DNA of 64,000 bases from Candidatus Entotheonellaceae bacterium (GCA_965238075.1 OZ250173.1:2112001-2176000), one strand, 5' to 3'. Shown: positions 1 through 10,077, counted from the first letter of the stretch. Numbers and translations: made by a program. The notes: generated from the sequence alone by a model not told the origin.

Positions 1-468
1 GAGGTTGGTCATGATCAGCCGCAGGGCGCGGCCGATCGTGGCGTTGGCGCGCCAGCCGGAGCCGAACACGCCGGTGGCGCAGTTGATGTCGAGGTGCTGC
101 CGCACCGGGCCGTTGACGATGAACAACGGTGTCGCGGTGTGCGTCGTGCCCTGCACGCCGTGCAGGCTGACCTGCTCGGCGCACATGGCCTGCACGCCGG
201 CCACGACGACCGGCAGGTAATCCGGCTTGCAGCCCGCCATCACCGCGTTGATGGCAATCTTCTCAAGCGTCGCGGCGCCATAGTTCGGCGGCACCAGCGC
301 GATCACCTCGTCGGCCGACCGCGCCGTGGCGGCCAGCATGCGCGCTACCCGCGTCTCGGTGGGTGGCACCACCGGCAATCCGTCGGTGACGCCGCGCTCG
401 AAATAGAACTCGATGGCGTCGATATCCTCGTCCACATCATAGCCGTGCCCATCAACGGGTTCTGCCAT
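1..468 (-). CDS. Conserved hypothetical protein of the GxTDGLPVVPPT family (partial, runs off the window start)
   Basis: Not in the ORF track. Manual minus-strand translation from ATG at 468 gives MAEPVDGHGYDVDEDIDAIEFYFERGVTDGLPVVPPTETRVARML...KIAINAVMAGC...NGP...RANATIGRALRLI, open to position 1. Starts 20 nt after the ThDP enzyme stop, with a GGAGGG RBS. Confidence 0.75.
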   Translation of the reverse strand, partial: MAEPVDGHGYDVDEDIDAIEFYFERGVTDGLPVVPPTETRVARMLAATARSADEVIALVPPNYGAATLEKIAINAVMAGCKPDYLPVVVAGVQAMCAEQVSLHGVQGTTHTATPLFIVNGPVRQHLDINCATGVFGSGWRANATIGRALRLIMTNL

Positions 469-488
469 GCTTGGCTTCCCTCCCCGTT

Positions 489-2138
489 CTACTTGTACAT
501 GGTCTGGTTCATCGTACCGCTGCTGTAGATGTCCGGGTCAAGGATGACGTTGACGCACGACGGCTTGCCCGAGGCGCGCGCCCGCTCCATGGCCGGACGG
601 ATGTCGCCGGGCTCGGTGACGCACTCGCCGTAGCCGCCCATAGCCTCGACGATCACGTCGTAGCGTGTGGCGGACAGCTTATTGGCCACGTCGCCCTTTT
701 GCTCGCCGTACTTGGCGAGCTGCCCGTAGCGGATCTGGTTCCAGCCGGCGTTGTTGCCCACGACGCTGACGAACGGCAGGTCAAAGCGTACCGCGGTGTC
801 GATGTCGAAGCCGGTGAGCCCGAAGGCGCCGTCGCCGAACAGCACGAAGATGTCCTTTTCCGGCATGGCGACCTTGGCGGCGATGGCGAACGGCGTGCCG
901 ACCCCCAGGGTGCCGAGCGGGCCGGGATCGAGCCAGTGCCCCGGCTTGTGGGTGCGGATCACCGACGCCGACATGGTGACGATGTCGCCGCCGTCGCCGA
1001 TGAACACAGTGTCCTCGGTAAGAAAGTCGTTGATCTCCTTGCACAGCCGCAGCGGGTGGATCGGCACCTGATCGGAATTGAGCCCGAGGGCCGCCTGGCT
1101 GGCGCGCTTCTCCTCGTCCTCGCGCAGGGTGCGCAGCCAGTTGTCCGAGTTGCTGTGGCCCGGCGCGATGGCGTCGGTCAGTTGTGCTATCACCGCCGCG
1201 GCGTCGCCGCAGATGCCCAGCGACACGTCGCGGTTGTGGCCCAGCTCGCCGTAGTCCAGATCGACCTGGATGACCTTGGCATCCGGGTTGAGGCGCTGGC
1301 CGTAGCCGAGGCGGAAATCGAAGGGCGTGCCGATGATCATGATGACGTCGGCTTCCTTGAGCGCCCGCCGGCGCGAGGTGACGAAGAGGTTGGGATGGGT
1401 CGGCGGTAGGGCGCCGCGTGCCGCGCCGTTGACGTAGATCGGCAGCCGCGCCTGCTCGGCGAGTTTCGCCAGCGCCGCGGCGCCGCGGCAGAACTGCACC
1501 TGGCTGCCGGCCAGCACCGCCGGGCGCTCGGCTTTGCGAAACCAGTCGGCGGCCATGGCGATGGCGTTGGGGTCGCCGTGCACCTTGTAGGTGGAACGGT
1601 AGTTGCTGGGCATGCGCACGCGGTCGGCGTCGACCTTGGCGTCGAGCACGTCACGCGGCATTTCCAGGAAAACCGGCCCCGGGCGGCCGTTGAAGGCTTC
1701 GCGGAAGGCCATGCTCATCAGTTCGGGGATGCGATCGGTGTGCGGCACCGTGGAAGCGAACTTGGTGATGGGCTTCATGATGGACACGTGATCGAGCTCC
1801 TGCAGCGAGCCCATGTGCATCTGCGTGAAGGCGCCCTGGCCGCCGATGACCAGCATCGGCGTCTGGGCGCGAAAGGCGTTGGCCACGCCCGTCACCGTGT
1901 CCGTCGTTCCCGGCCCGGCGGTCACCACCGCCACGCCCGGCTTGCCGGTGACGCGCGTCCAGGCGTCGGCGGCGTGCGCCGCCGCCTGCTCGTGCCGCAC
2001 GTCGATGATGCGGATGCCTTCATCCAGGCAGCCGTCGTAGATGTCGATGATATGGCCGCCGCAGAGAGTGAAAATGGCCTCCACTCCCTCGGCCTTCAAG
2101 GCGCGGGCAACCAAGTGCCCGCCGCTGATTTCGGTCAT
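489..2138 (-). CDS. Thiamine diphosphate-dependent enzyme (2-hydroxyacyl-CoA lyase / oxalyl-CoA decarboxylase / acetolactate synthase-like)
   Basis: RHEQAAAHAADA N-terminal motif, GPG, GDGAFG...NN ThDP-binding motif; AAGGAG RBS. Confidence 0.9.
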   Translation of the reverse strand: MTEISGGHLVARALKAEGVEAIFTLCGGHIIDIYDGCLDEGIRIIDVRHEQAAAHAADAWTRVTGKPGVAVVTAGPGTTDTVTGVANAFRAQTPMLVIGGQGAFTQMHMGSLQELDHVSIMKPITKFASTVPHTDRIPELMSMAFREAFNGRPGPVFLEMPRDVLDAKVDADRVRMPSNYRSTYKVHGDPNAIAMAADWFRKAERPAVLAGSQVQFCRGAAALAKLAEQARLPIYVNGAARGALPPTHPNLFVTSRRRALKEADVIMIIGTPFDFRLGYGQRLNPDAKVIQVDLDYGELGHNRDVSLGICGDAAAVIAQLTDAIAPGHSNSDNWLRTLREDEEKRASQAALGLNSDQVPIHPLRLCKEINDFLTEDTVFIGDGGDIVTMSASVIRTHKPGHWLDPGPLGTLGVGTPFAIAAKVAMPEKDIFVLFGDGAFGLTGFDIDTAVRFDLPFVSVVGNNAGWNQIRYGQLAKYGEQKGDVANKLSATRYDVIVEAMGGYGECVTEPGDIRPAMERARASGKPSCVNVILDPDIYSSGTMNQTMYK

Positions 2139-2253
2139 GGTATGGCTCCTTAGTGGTTCGTGTTGAGTGGCCAGTGGCTGGTGAAAAACGAAGCCTCAGG
2201 GTATGAATTGCATGGTGGCGCAGGCATTCCTGCCTGCGGAGTCCGGCCCACAA

Positions 2254-3507
2254 CTAAACGACATTGGCAAAGCGCCGGGTAAAATCTTGCGGGGTCATGG
2301 CCGCGGCGGCGGCCAGCTTGTCGAGTACGTCCGGCTGCTGCAGGTCGGCCTTTTCCAGCCGCGTCATGTAGTGGCGTGCCACCTGGTAGCTTTCGCTGCT
2401 GATGTCCACCAAGCGGACGCGGGTGCGCCCGGTGGCGGGGTCGCGCATGTCGTCGAAGGGCAGCAGGTCGATGCGGCCGTCCCGCAGGCAGACCATGCCG
2501 GCGTTGGCGCCCGACAGCAGAAACTTGACGGCGCCGTAACCCAGGGTGCGGGTGTAGTCGATGTCGAACGGAACCGGGGCGGCGGAGCGCAGCTCGTAAC
2601 CGATCGTGCGGTCGACGATGGCCAGCTTTTCACCGCGCTCGGCGAAGCGGCGTACGATCTCGCGTTTCACCACCTTTTCGAGCGGAATTTCTTCGAGCCG
2701 CAAATGGCCGTGCTGATCGTGGGCGATCTCCACGCCCGGCAACTGCGCCAGGGTTTCGGCGGGAATCTTCTCGGCGATGCCCTCGGCCAGCACCACCAAG
2801 CCGTATTCCTGGCCGTTGATCCGCTGCTTCAGCATGCCGCCTTCGACGATGTCGCATACCGCGTCGATGTCGATGCTCTCCGACGCGAATTCCTCGGCGA
2901 TGATCGTCAGCGTCGCGCCCGCCGCCCGGCCGATGCCCAGCGCCAGATGACCGGCGTTGCGGCCCATGGCGCTGACGATGTACCAGCGGTTGGTCGTGCG
3001 GGCGTCTTCGAGAAGGTTCAGGGCTAGCCGGGTGCCGAGGTCGCGCGCGGTCTCGTATCCGAAGGTGGGGGCACCGTCCGGCAGCGGCAGGTCGTTGTCG
3101 ATGGTCTTGGGAATGTGTACCGACCGGAGCGCGCCGCCGCCCGCCCGGGTCACTTCCAAGGCGCTGAACGCCGTGTCGTCGCCGCCGATGGTCACCAGGC
3201 GGGTGATGCCGAGTTCCTTCAAGGTGGCCACCGTGCGCTGCAGGTCGGCCTCCTTGCGGGTCGGATTGGCGCGCGAGGTGCGCAGAATGGCGCCGCCCTG
3301 CACGTGGATGCGCGACACGTCGGCGATGCGCAGCGGCGTCACCCGGTCCGCGCGGCCCTGCATGAGGTGCGAGAAGCCGTCGTAGATGCCGATGACTTCG
3401 AGGCCGGCGTTGATCGCCGCGATGGCCGCCGCGCTGATGGCGCTGTTGATGCCCGGCGCCGGACCGCCCCCCACCAGGATGCCCAACCGCCCCTGTCCTG
3501 CGTCCAT
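2254..3507 (-). CDS. pfp: 6-phosphofructokinase, probably pyrophosphate-dependent
   Basis: GGGPAPGIN, GGDDT (Asp typical of PPi-PFKs), PKTIDND, MGR and GYELR motifs. Start taken at ATG 3507 (GGAGG upstream). Confidence 0.85.
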   Translation of the reverse strand: MDAGQGRLGILVGGGPAPGINSAISAAAIAAINAGLEVIGIYDGFSHLMQGRADRVTPLRIADVSRIHVQGGAILRTSRANPTRKEADLQRTVATLKELGITRLVTIGGDDTAFSALEVTRAGGGALRSVHIPKTIDNDLPLPDGAPTFGYETARDLGTRLALNLLEDARTTNRWYIVSAMGRNAGHLALGIGRAAGATLTIIAEEFASESIDIDAVCDIVEGGMLKQRINGQEYGLVVLAEGIAEKIPAETLAQLPGVEIAHDQHGHLRLEEIPLEKVVKREIVRRFAERGEKLAIVDRTIGYELRSAAPVPFDIDYTRTLGYGAVKFLLSGANAGMVCLRDGRIDLLPFDDMRDPATGRTRVRLVDISSESYQVARHYMTRLEKADLQQPDVLDKLAAAAAMTPQDFTRRFANVV

Positions 3508-3652
3508 GTCTGCCCTCCTCCGAACCCTGCGAATCGTCCGATGCGGCGCTTCTGCCAAGCCCGGCAATTCTCTTGAAGGGTATGCGGAAAGTCAAGTAAG
3601 GTAGGGCGCGTCAACCAGCACGCAAGGGGCAACGGCAACAGGAGGAACGGTC

Positions 3653-4420
3653 ATGCGATTGTCAGGCAAAGTAGCGGTGGTGACGGGTAGTAGCCAGGGC
3701 ATCGGGCGGGGTATTGTGGAGCGTTTTGCCCGCGAGGGGGCGGACGTGGTGATCAACTACAACCGCAGCCCGGGCGGTGCCCAAGAGGTTCTCGCTGGGG
3801 TCGAGGCGGCCGGGCGGCGGGGCCTGATTGTGCAGGCGGACGTGTCGACCACCGCCGGGGTGCGGCACCTCATCGACGCCGCCGTCGATCACTTCGGCGA
3901 GCTCGACATTCTGGTGAACAACGCCGGGGTCGAAGTTCACGCGCCGTTCTGGGAGGTCACCGAGGAGCAATACGACCGCGTTCTGAACGTCAATCTCAAG
4001 GGTGTTTTCTTCGCCACCCAGGCGATGGTGAATCACGCCCGGCAGACCGACCGACCGGCCCGCATCATCAATATCAGTTCCGTCCACGAGGAGTTGCCCT
4101 TTCCCAACTTCGCCGCCTACTGCGTCAGCAAGGGCGGGGTGAAAATGCTGACCCGCAATCTGGCCGTCGAACTTGGCCAGTTCGGCATCACCGTCAACGC
4201 CATCGCCCCCGGCGCCATTGAAACGCCCATCAACACGAAGTTGCTGAACGATCCTGCCAAGCTCAACGCCCTGCTGGCGCAAATCCCCCTCAATCGTCTC
4301 GGCCAGCCGGAAGACGTGGCCGGCGTTGCCGTCTTCCTGGCTTCCGATGACGCTGCGTACGTCACGGGCTCAACGTACTACGTGGACGGCGGTCTGACGT
4401 GGCACTACGAGGAGCAGTAG
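3653..4420 (+). CDS. SDR family oxidoreductase, glucose 1-dehydrogenase-like
   Basis: TGSSQGIG, NNAG, SSVHE, YCVSK catalytic motif; AGGAGG RBS. Confidence 0.9.
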   Translation: MRLSGKVAVVTGSSQGIGRGIVERFAREGADVVINYNRSPGGAQEVLAGVEAAGRRGLIVQADVSTTAGVRHLIDAAVDHFGELDILVNNAGVEVHAPFWEVTEEQYDRVLNVNLKGVFFATQAMVNHARQTDRPARIINISSVHEELPFPNFAAYCVSKGGVKMLTRNLAVELGQFGITVNAIAPGAIETPINTKLLNDPAKLNALLAQIPLNRLGQPEDVAGVAVFLASDDAAYVTGSTYYVDGGLTWHYEEQ

Positions 4421-4425
4421 ACCGC

Positions 4426-4803
4426 TCAACACTCCAGCACCACCTGGGCGATGGCGTGCCCGGCGCTGTGCGACAGCGACAGATGGATGTGCCGGATGCC
4501 GGCGTCGGCGCAGCGTTCCCGCAGGTAGCCGTACAGGTGCAAAAAGGGTTTGCCGAGGGGGTCGTGACGGACTTCGATGTCGCGCCAGCGCATGTGCTTG
4601 CGGAGGCCGCTGCCGAGGGCTTTGAGGAAGGCTTCTTTGCAGGCGAAGCGGGCGGCGAAGCAGGGGTAGGGTAGGCGTTTGGCGCTGCAGTAGGCGCGTT
4701 CGTCAGCGGTGTAGAGCCGTTCGACGAGGCGCGGGCCACTGCGGGTGATGGCCCGTTCCATGCGGTCGATTTCGACCAGGTCGACGCCGATGCCATAGAT
4801 CAT
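4426..4803 (-). CDS. acpS: Holo-[acyl-carrier-protein] synthase
   Basis: GIGVDLVE, ARFACKEAFLKALG, LSLSHS motifs; 125 aa. Confidence 0.95.
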   Translation of the reverse strand: MIYGIGVDLVEIDRMERAITRSGPRLVERLYTADERAYCSAKRLPYPCFAARFACKEAFLKALGSGLRKHMRWRDIEVRHDPLGKPFLHLYGYLRERCADAGIRHIHLSLSHSAGHAIAQVVLEC

Positions 4804-4812
4804 AGCGGGGTC

Positions 4813-5649
4813 TCAGCGCTGCAGGACGAAGCGTTCGAGGGCTTGCACGAGGCCGTCGTCGGCGTTGCTGCCAGTGACGTACCCGGCGGCAGCGCGGACG
4901 GCTTCGACGGCGTTGCCCATGGCAATGCCGAGGCCGGCGCCGCGGATCATTTCCAGGTCGTTGTAGTCGTCGCCGATGGCCATGACGTCGGCAGCGGCCA
5001 GTCCCTCGGCCGCCATCAGGCGTTCCAGCGCCTGCCATTTGGAAACCGTTGCCGGCAGGACCTCCAGAATGTGCCCTTGGTAGTTCTTGTTCAGGATCAT
5101 CTTGGTATGCCCCTGGCCGGCGAGCGCGTCTTCGACCGCCGGACGCAGAGCCTCCAGGCGGTCGGCTTCGGCCATGACGCTGAGCATGACGACCCCGCTC
5201 AGGCAGGCGGCGCCAAGGTCGTCGACGAAGCGGCAGTAGGGCAGGTTGTCCTGGAGGTACTCGCGCTGAAAGGGGTGCAGCTGCTCCATGGGTTCGGTGA
5301 GGATATCGACTTCTTCGTGGAAGGCGTCGATGTAGATCAGCGGCGGCGCCAGTTGCCGCAGAACCGCCAGGCCGCGCCGGCAGAGCGCCTCCGGCAAGGG
5401 GTGGCAGTGCAGCGTTTCGGCCGACGCGACATCCTTTACCAGGGCGCCGTTGTGCACCACGATGGGGCCTTCGAGCCGCAGTTCCTGCGCCAATGGACGC
5501 GCCGAGCGGAAACGCCGGCCAGTGCACAGGATGACCCGCAGACCGGCTTGCTGTGCGGCCATAACCGCCTGTCGGACGGCGTCTCGCAGTTCCCCGTCGG
5601 GGTCGAGCAGGGTGCCGTCAACGTCCAGGGCGAGTAAGCGGTAGGGCAT
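4813..5649 (-). CDS. Cof-type HAD-IIB hydrolase
   Basis: DVDGTLL, CTGR, K, GDDYND, AMGNA motifs. Confidence 0.92.
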   Translation of the reverse strand: MPYRLLALDVDGTLLDPDGELRDAVRQAVMAAQQAGLRVILCTGRRFRSARPLAQELRLEGPIVVHNGALVKDVASAETLHCHPLPEALCRRGLAVLRQLAPPLIYIDAFHEEVDILTEPMEQLHPFQREYLQDNLPYCRFVDDLGAACLSGVVMLSVMAEADRLEALRPAVEDALAGQGHTKMILNKNYQGHILEVLPATVSKWQALERLMAAEGLAAADVMAIGDDYNDLEMIRGAGLGIAMGNAVEAVRAAAGYVTGSNADDGLVQALERFVLQR

Positions 5650-5660
5650 AGTGGGCGGGC

Positions 5661-6995
5661 CTACAGGGCGAAGGTTTCGGCGCAGGCTTGCATAAACCGC
5701 TCGGCCGCCTCGCCGATCCGGTGCTCGACGCCGAACGAGACACGCACGAAGGGGCGTTTGGCGGCGGCGAATCCGGGGGCATAAACGACCGGCCCGGGTG
5801 TGCTGACGCGCGGCGTGCCGTTGTCCATCGTCAACTCACCGTGCGGCAGGTCGGTCGGCGGGTACATGCGGGTGCCGGCCACCAGGACGACGCCATACGC
5901 TTCATAGCAGCGCGCCACAAACTCATCCGCGCTCAGCCCGGTGCGCTCCAGCAGCCGCTCCACGTAAAGCGGCAGGTAGAAGGCGTTCGCGCTGCGACTC
6001 AGCGGCGGCACCTCGATGCCGTACTCCTCGATACCCTCCACGGCGACGCGAAACACCTCGTGGCGCCGCCGAATCTCCGTTGCCGTGGTCTCGGCCAGCG
6101 CCATGTGATGGTCCAGCAGATGCGCCGCGAAGAGCAGTTTGACGTTGCTGGTGGAGATCGACTCGGCGGCCTTGAGCATGCGCAGCGCCTCGATCAGCTC
6201 GGTATTGGTGCACAGCGCAAAACCCAGCCGGTAGCCCGGCAGCCCGAACTTCTTGGAGAAGCTGTCGATGTAGATGGTGCGGTCGGGGTCAAGGCCGCCG
6301 AGGGCCTGGATGGCCTGCGGCTCAAGGGCATGCAGGGCGTATACCATGTCGACGGCCAGAACGCAGTCGTAGGGCGCCACCGCGCGGTTGATGCGCGCCA
6401 CCTGCTCGGCGCTCAGCACGTAGCCGGTGGGATTGTGCGGCGCGTTGATCAGAACCACCCCGACCTGCGGATTCACCAGCGTCTCGATGCCCGCCACCAA
6501 CTCCTCCGCCGAGTAAGCGGTATACGCCATGACGCCGGCATGCGCCGTGACGATGGTGGGGAAATACGGGTAGCAGGGCGTCGGCACCAGCACGTATTGG
6601 CGCTCGTCTCTGGCCGACCCTAGCGGCGCCACGCAGGCCCGCACGATGCCGTTGATGGCGTTGTGACCGCCGTCGTACGGCACCACGTGCCGCTCGCTCA
6701 ACTCGGGCCGCCCGAGCAGCCCGCCAACGTGCTCGGCCATGGCTTGGTTGGCGTCTCGCTCGCCCCGCGTGCCGGCGTACATGGTGGCGCGCGATACCAG
6801 CCGTGAGTCGCCGTAAAATCTGTGTATGATGTCCTGCCAACTCGCGTCGTCAGTGATCTGTGCAATTTCGCCAATGCCGAGGTGGAAACTTCCGGGGTCG
6901 AACGAGAAGGCACGATAGTCGCCGAAGAAGCGGCGGAGGTTCAGCGTTTCGAGGTTCTCGCGGGCAAAGTTGGTGAGGAACGATCGCTGGCTCAT
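5661..6995 (-). CDS. PLP-dependent aminotransferase class I/II
   Basis: PHNPTG, DMVY, SFSKKFGLPGYRLG PLP-lysine motif. Start taken at ATG 6995 (GGAGA upstream). Confidence 0.85.
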   Translation of the reverse strand: MSQRSFLTNFARENLETLNLRRFFGDYRAFSFDPGSFHLGIGEIAQITDDASWQDIIHRFYGDSRLVSRATMYAGTRGERDANQAMAEHVGGLLGRPELSERHVVPYDGGHNAINGIVRACVAPLGSARDERQYVLVPTPCYPYFPTIVTAHAGVMAYTAYSAEELVAGIETLVNPQVGVVLINAPHNPTGYVLSAEQVARINRAVAPYDCVLAVDMVYALHALEPQAIQALGGLDPDRTIYIDSFSKKFGLPGYRLGFALCTNTELIEALRMLKAAESISTSNVKLLFAAHLLDHHMALAETTATEIRRRHEVFRVAVEGIEEYGIEVPPLSRSANAFYLPLYVERLLERTGLSADEFVARCYEAYGVVLVAGTRMYPPTDLPHGELTMDNGTPRVSTPGPVVYAPGFAAAKRPFVRVSFGVEHRIGEAAERFMQACAETFAL

Positions 6996-7135
6996 GCGTC
7001 TCCCTGAGAATGGCCTCGTTGGTCCGTAATCAGCCTGTGGCTGGCAGGCTTTGATATCGCATCCCATCGTTGAGCGCGGTTATTGTAGTCAGACAGGTTG
7101 CCCGCGTGTCAACGCCATTTTGTACCGAGGACCCA

Positions 7136-8356
7136 ATGACGGCCTATGCCTGGTTCATCATGGGGCAGTCGTTCGTGACCGCCGCCCTGGTGTTCGGCGT
7201 GTGGTTTTCGTACGCCGTGTTCCTCGTTGCCCTGGTGGAGGCGTTCGACTGGAGCCGCGGCGGCGCGGCGATGGCCTTCTCGGTGGGCAGTGTCGTGCAG
7301 GCCGCGTCGTCGCCGCTCGTCGGCATGCTGACGGACCGCTGGGGTCCGCGCGTCGTGGTGGTTGGCGGCTTAGGCGCCATGGCGGTAGGCTTGGCGGCTT
7401 GCAGCCTGGTGCAGGCGTTGTGGCACTTAATCGTGCTGTTCGGCGTCATCGTCGGCTTCGGGGTCGGGCTGGCGGGGCAGGTGTCGCACGCGGCGTTGCT
7501 GTCGCGCTGGTTCGTCAAGCGCCGCGGCACGATGATTGGTTTCGCGTTCGCCGGCATGGGGCTGGGCGTCAAGGTCATGGGGCCGCTGTCGCAGGCGCTC
7601 ATGTCGCGCCTGGGCTGGCGCTATGCGTTCGTGGTCCTGGGGGGCGTTACCGCGCTGTATGCCCTCACGGTTCTGCTGACCCTGCGCAACCGGCCCGAGG
7701 ACGTTGGCTTGCGGCCCTACGGTGCTGACGGGGCGGCCGACAAGCCCGAGACCGCGACATCCGGGGAAGCGAACTGGACCGTCCGGCAAGCCCTGCGCAC
7801 GCGGCAGTTCTGGGCTTTGGGGTTGGCGCAGGTGCTCATTCCGCTGGGTGTCTTTCCGGTGTCCGTGCACCAGGTGGCCTACCTGACGGACCTGGGCTTC
7901 AGCCGCGTCCTGGCGGCGGGCGTTCTGGGATACATGGGGGTGATGAGCTCGTGCGGCCGGCTGCTCTTCGGGGCGCTCTCCGACCGGCTGGGGCGCTTCG
8001 GCGGCGTGACCCTGAGCGTGGTCTTTTCGCAGCTCGGCATCCTGGCGCTTCTGATGCTCGACGGTGCCACCGTCATGTGGCCGCTGTATCTGTATGCACT
8101 GTGTTTCGGCTTGGGATACGGCGCCCGCGGCCCCATTATCTCGGCTATCGCGGCAGACCGCTTTCCGGGTCGTTCGTTCGCCACGATCTTTGGGTTTATC
8201 AGTATCGGACACGGTCTGGGCGGCGCCCTCGGCCCCTGGTACAGCGGCGCCATGTACGACCGCCTGGGATCCTACACCCTCGCGTTTTTGCTGGCGTGCG
8301 TATCGCTGTGCGGGGTGATCGGCTGCTTTTGGGTGGCAACCCGACCCAGGGGCTAG
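7136..8356 (+). CDS. MFS transporter
   Basis: About 12 hydrophobic segments; motif A twice (GMLTDRWGPR, GALSDRLGR). Start at ATG 7136 after GAGG. Confidence 0.9.
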   Translation: MTAYAWFIMGQSFVTAALVFGVWFSYAVFLVALVEAFDWSRGGAAMAFSVGSVVQAASSPLVGMLTDRWGPRVVVVGGLGAMAVGLAACSLVQALWHLIVLFGVIVGFGVGLAGQVSHAALLSRWFVKRRGTMIGFAFAGMGLGVKVMGPLSQALMSRLGWRYAFVVLGGVTALYALTVLLTLRNRPEDVGLRPYGADGAADKPETATSGEANWTVRQALRTRQFWALGLAQVLIPLGVFPVSVHQVAYLTDLGFSRVLAAGVLGYMGVMSSCGRLLFGALSDRLGRFGGVTLSVVFSQLGILALLMLDGATVMWPLYLYALCFGLGYGARGPIISAIAADRFPGRSFATIFGFISIGHGLGGALGPWYSGAMYDRLGSYTLAFLLACVSLCGVIGCFWVATRPRG

Positions 8357-10077
8357 AAACGGATACTCAGCTTCACACCGGCGGAGACTATTTCATCGCC
8401 GTCGGCGGGGCTGAAAACCTCGGTTCCGGCAATGAATTCGGTGTACGGATTCGGTTGGTGTACAAGACTGAAGGACAGCGTCCTGTTCCACCCGCTCTCA
8501 TCCATCTGCACGGTACCGAATACCGTCCTGGCTTTACCGCCGGCGAATTTGTCAAGGTTCAGAGCTGCATCCAATGTCATCCCCTCCGAGAGGGTGAGGG
8601 ATTGACGGGCAGTGAACCCGATAGCCGTGCCTGCTGCCGACTCGATGAGCCCGTTTTCTCTTCCTTCCGATTCCTGGTGGGAGACACGGAAGAACAGGTC
8701 GCGGTGTCCGATGTTTGCCTCGTACCCGAGCGTCTGATCGTAGTCGTACTTCTCGTCGAGTCCGAAGAAATCATTGCGGATGCCGAAGCCGGCAGATGCA
8801 AACAGCTTGCTCTGCTCGTGTTTGTACAGACCGCCCGCGTACAGACTGCCGTTCGGTTGCGCCAGTCGGAACGAAAACCCTTCCGCTACGCCCGCAGCCA
8901 CAGGGGTTCCCGTCTCGTGATACCCCGTAGACCCACTGGGGGTTGTTCTTCCGAATACCCCCGACAACGCCGTCCCCAACGTAATGGCTTCGCCGTCCGA
9001 GGCAATCGCGAAATCGGATGAAATCGCCGCCTTGCCGGGAAGCGTCACATGTTTCAGTTGCAGCGGCGCAACGGCATCAACGAATTCCCCGTTGTTTTTC
9101 ACCAACCGCCACTCGCCGCTGGCATCCAAAGTCGTCAACCGCGTGAAGTCCACCACGCCCAAGCCATTGGGGAGGGTGGGAACGTTGCGGGCTGTCGTTT
9201 TCAACATCCTGGCAAGGTCCTGGTGCGTCGTATGCGGAAATACCGCAAGCACCGAGGCCAAAGCAGCGGCCACCCGCGGTGCACCGAAGCTGGTGCCGTA
9301 CCCGACATTCGGCGTTGCATAGGGTACCCAGACACAGGCACTGGAAACCGTATCGCAACCGGACGAATCAACATGGCGGACGATTTCGCCCCTGTCGTTG
9401 ACGGCGTATCCGGCGACGTAGACGACCTTGTCGGCCTCCACTGCTCGTTCGATACCCGGGGAATTAGCGGGGCGGACAGGAAACGCGTCCGTTTTTTCGT
9501 TTCCCGCGCTATGGATGACAAGGAAATCGAGTGTATTGCCGTATTGTGCCACCATGTCACGGGGGTCAGGTCGGATGGAGAAGGACACGACCTTGATGCC
9601 CGCATTGTCAAGCTCCCGCTTGAACCAGGCATTGGCGTATCGAGAAGGGACCGGTAATCCCGCATCCTGGTAGTCGATCTCCTTGTACTCGCCGGTCTCG
9701 GGATAATTCTGGAAATACGTAAACGGACGCGCGCCGGTTTTCTCCGGATCATCACATTCCACGATGTACGACCAACACGAGGTCCGGCGGATAAGCTGTC
9801 CGTGTGCTCTGGAACCGTTGATCGAACTGTAATGATCGGTAGCAGCCCACATACCCCGCATCTCAGCGTTACTTTGAGAGATATCGGCCAGCGGGATGTT
9901 GTCAATACCGGGCAGGGTCAGGCGCCCTCTTGTTTTTGCATCGCCGGTTGAGCCATCGGGCGACGGCATCTGCGAGCCGCTACCCTTAGCGCCGCTGCTG
10001 CAGCCATTCAGCATGGAAACGGACAGGGCCAGGAGCGTCAGGACCAGGATCGTGTTGCGCATGCTGATTTTCCCCAT
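8353..10077 (-). CDS. Lipoprotein S8 (subtilisin-like) peptidase with C-terminal beta-barrel-like region
   Basis: Lipobox-like LNGC after a hydrophobic leader; HG, SAGN (oxyanion Asn) and GTSFGAP (catalytic Ser); alternating-pattern C-terminus ending VKLSIRF. Confidence 0.7.
   Translation of the reverse strand: MGKISMRNTILVLTLLALSVSMLNGCSSGAKGSGSQMPSPDGSTGDAKTRGRLTLPGIDNIPLADISQSNAEMRGMWAATDHYSSINGSRAHGQLIRRTSCWSYIVECDDPEKTGARPFTYFQNYPETGEYKEIDYQDAGLPVPSRYANAWFKRELDNAGIKVVSFSIRPDPRDMVAQYGNTLDFLVIHSAGNEKTDAFPVRPANSPGIERAVEADKVVYVAGYAVNDRGEIVRHVDSSGCDTVSSACVWVPYATPNVGYGTSFGAPRVAAALASVLAVFPHTTHQDLARMLKTTARNVPTLPNGLGVVDFTRLTTLDASGEWRLVKNNGEFVDAVAPLQLKHVTLPGKAAISSDFAIASDGEAITLGTALSGVFGRTTPSGSTGYHETGTPVAAGVAEGFSFRLAQPNGSLYAGGLYKHEQSKLFASAGFGIRNDFFGLDEKYDYDQTLGYEANIGHRDLFFRVSHQESEGRENGLIESAAGTAIGFTARQSLTLSEGMTLDAALNLDKFAGGKARTVFGTVQMDESGWNRTLSFSLVHQPNPYTEFIAGTEVFSPADGDEIVSAGVKLSIRF

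Noticed and set aside
471-2153. Long plus-strand ORFs (471-1409, 1578-2153) and similar shadow ORFs across the window, e.g. 13318-14937, 30568-32241, 46671-48503, 59751-61631
   Set aside because: They are antisense or frame-shifted shadows of well-supported genes, expected in high-GC DNA, and show no recognisable motifs.
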